From the NCBI RefSeq assembly GCF_009834535.1, contig NC_045715.1:20646001-20710000 (forward strand): a DNA stretch of 64,000 nucleotides, given 5' to 3'. The DNA is from Camelus ferus. Its lineage: Eukaryota. The translations under genes and the position numbers were made by a program. Below, in pieces: positions 61,662-64,000 of this stretch; the first letter of the stretch is position 1; each line of letters starts with the position of its first letter. The notes under the pieces are model-generated. The model did no database searches. It had not been told where the DNA came from and saw only the letters and a list, made by a program, of their open reading frames with translations.

Positions 61662-64000
61662 CTAGAGGTGCCAGGGCATCTGGAAATTCTGGGCTGGGAG
61701 TGGGGTGCAGTGTGTGGCCTCGAAGTTGTGCAGATGCTTCTGAGCCTGAGGGGAGAGGGTGGGACAGGTGGGGTGCAGAGCACGGACACCCTCCAAACCC
61801 ACTGCCCACTCTACAAAAGATGTCGCTTCCAATGCTTATGGGGTACCCTGTTCCCAAGCCCCACATGTGCCCCCTGGCCATTCAGGCACCCCCTTCCTGC
61901 TTCCCACCCTGGAGCTCACCAGAAACAAAGCCAGCTGCCGCCGTCCATCCACACTCATGTCCTCCCCTGCAGAGAGGACACGCTCAAACTTGGGCCATGC
62001 ACCTGGGTGTTCATCCCCAGCCCCCTCTCCTGCCCCGGGACTCCTTACCTACACTCCAGGGGAATTCAGGCCCGTGTTCGGCCTGGTAGGAGCGGAGAAC
62101 GGACAGGCACCAGTCCTCCTCCACCTCCCATCGGCTGTAAATCGAGGCTGGTTATGGAGAGAGAGGAGTGCCCATCAGCAACCTGGCCCTGCTAGGCCCC
62201 CAACAAAGGCCTCAGTGGGTCCCCTCTCACCTTCCTCCAGCTGTGAGGAGGCCTCCAGCCACTGCCTCACCACTTGAAGACCCTCCTCTGCCATCACACG
62301 GGGATACCTACAGAGGGAGCGCCAAGGCAGGAGGTCGGGACCCAGTTCTCTGCACTCCTTATCCCTGACCCTTCTCCCCGCCCTCCTTGCGCTGGTGACG
62401 GCACACACATACACCCTGGCTCTCACCGATGCTGCAGGAGCTTCAGCAGGAGGTCATTGCCTCGGTTAGACATGATATCCTCAGGAACCCTGGAGGGTGA
62501 GAAGAATGTACACTGGAGGGGCTGGAGGCTGGGGAGGGAGGGTCTGGACACCTGGGTTTCTGGAGGGCAGAGGGAGGAGGGACAACTTCCTAGCTGTCTC
62601 TGGGATCCAGGAGGGCAGAGGTTCCCAGGCACTCACGTGGTGGTGATGATCTCATCCTTGGTTCTGCGGATCAGCAGCACAGGGCCCTGGTACCTTCAGA
62701 GGACAGTGTAGTAGGGAGGGAGAGTTCAGAGGGAGACAGGTGACACTGCCACCCCACCCCTACACTGGCTGCATTCTTACCCCCTGCTACAGTAGGGCCC
62801 CTTCACCCAGGCAAGCCCTTCACCCAGGGCTGAGAGTCTGAACACTTAAGAGTGGGCATTGCTCAAAGGCAGGCCTTGCTGGGAGATCCCTGCTATGCCA
62901 GGTATGAACTGTTTGGTTACCAGATCATGGGAGGGTCCAGGATCCCAGGGAAGCTGGGAGGGGTTGGGTCTGCTGGGGTGATGGCAGGGTCACTCAGGGG
63001 ATGTGGGTCAGTGGCCTTTTGCCAGCTTGCACTTTACTACTAATTTCAGCATTTGAATACGCAGCACCATGTCTATGGTGGGGTGAGGCGGGGGAAAGGT
63101 GTTATATGCCGGACACTGGCCTGCCCTCACCTGCACAGCTGCTCCGCGTTGTTTAGATTGAGATGCTGCCTCACGGTCCTGGTCACCAGGCCCCCTAGAG
63201 TGAGATAAAAGTGAAGCGACAGCAGAGACAAAGCCCCTGCCCAACACAAAGGTCCCTACTGTTCATGGAGATAGAAAACTGAGGTCCCCAGACAGGGGAG
63301 TCCTCCTGCTTCTCAACAGGGTGACCTACTCCCCACCCACAGAAAGGGGAACCATCTCCAATTAGAACAGCTCCCAGTTCCAGCCCACCCCTTCCCTGCA
63401 CTCACTCCAGCTGTCTGGCATGACCTTCAAGGCCAAGGGCACCAGGTCATCAAAGGAGGCATCCAGGATCACGGCACTAATGTCTGGATAAGACATGGCT
63501 GCCCACGTAGCTGGTACCAGGACAGGGAAGAAGGGTGATGATCAAGGGGCTTCTGCCCACCACCCCCACCCTCATCCCACTGATCCTGTAGGCGGACCCC
63601 ATCCTCCCTACTAAGTTAGTCCCAGGTCTCTCCTTAACCCCTCACTTCAGTCAGCCAGGGCTCTGCCTGGAGAGGATGGAGAGAGAACAAAGTGCACTGA
63701 AGACAATACACACAGGAAACATTCACTTCCCTGACCTCCCCATCCCAGGACCCAGGTCTACTTCTTTTAATAACTGGGCACAAGGGTGGAAGGAAATATG
63801 AAGTGTATATGAATAGGATACCTTCCTCCAGACCCACTCAGAGATCCCAGTTCCATTCCTTTCTTTAAGCCTCCACCCCACTCCTGGGCCACCAGTGCGT
63901 TTCCCCACCTCTCCTGGGTTGTGGGGTAGCATGGAGATGGCATGAATGTGCCTGCGCTGTGGGGGTAGGAGAGAGGCCGTTACCGGTGAAGCCGCCAATG
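61662..64000 (-). CDS. ABHD16A: Phosphatidylserine lipase ABHD16A (BAT5), 3' part only
   Basis: Exons 5'->3': >64000-63984 (IGGFT of the nucleophile motif), 63510-63406 (ATWAAMSYPDISAVILDASFDDLVPLALKVMPDSW), 63194-63131, 62693-62637 (YQGPVLLIRRTKDEIITT; AAG acceptor), 62489-62427, 62307-62231, 62147-62049, 61966-61920, 61745-61662 (HNFEATHCTPLPAQNFQMPWHL-TAG). Phases consistent. Confidence 0.96.

Overview
Mammalian genomic DNA from the MHC class III region, most likely a camelid (two tRNA-Ala-derived SINEs resemble the camelid family; inference from memory). The gene order is the conserved one: an L1-rich intergenic block (1-5 kb), PRRC2A (+, SNORA38 in intron 2), BAG6 (-), APOM (+), C6orf47 (-), GPANK1 (-), CSNK2B (+), LY6G5B (+), LY6G5C (-), a gene-less CpG island region (~57.6-59.8 kb) and the 3' part of ABHD16A (-, truncated by the window edge). 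Exon boundaries were read by hand from splice sites and codon phase. Eleven N-runs in the first 27 kb hide several exons and appear to be length-true masks. I found no well-supported new biological system. The best leads are an orphan CpG island with clustered RFX X-boxes, CCAAT boxes and an embedded CpG-intact SINE; phase-compatible CSNK2B-LY6G5B fusions; a five-octamer array at the PRRC2A promoter; a GC-AG intron in PRRC2A; and changes in LY6G5C. Comparisons to human proteins are from recall, not from alignments run here.
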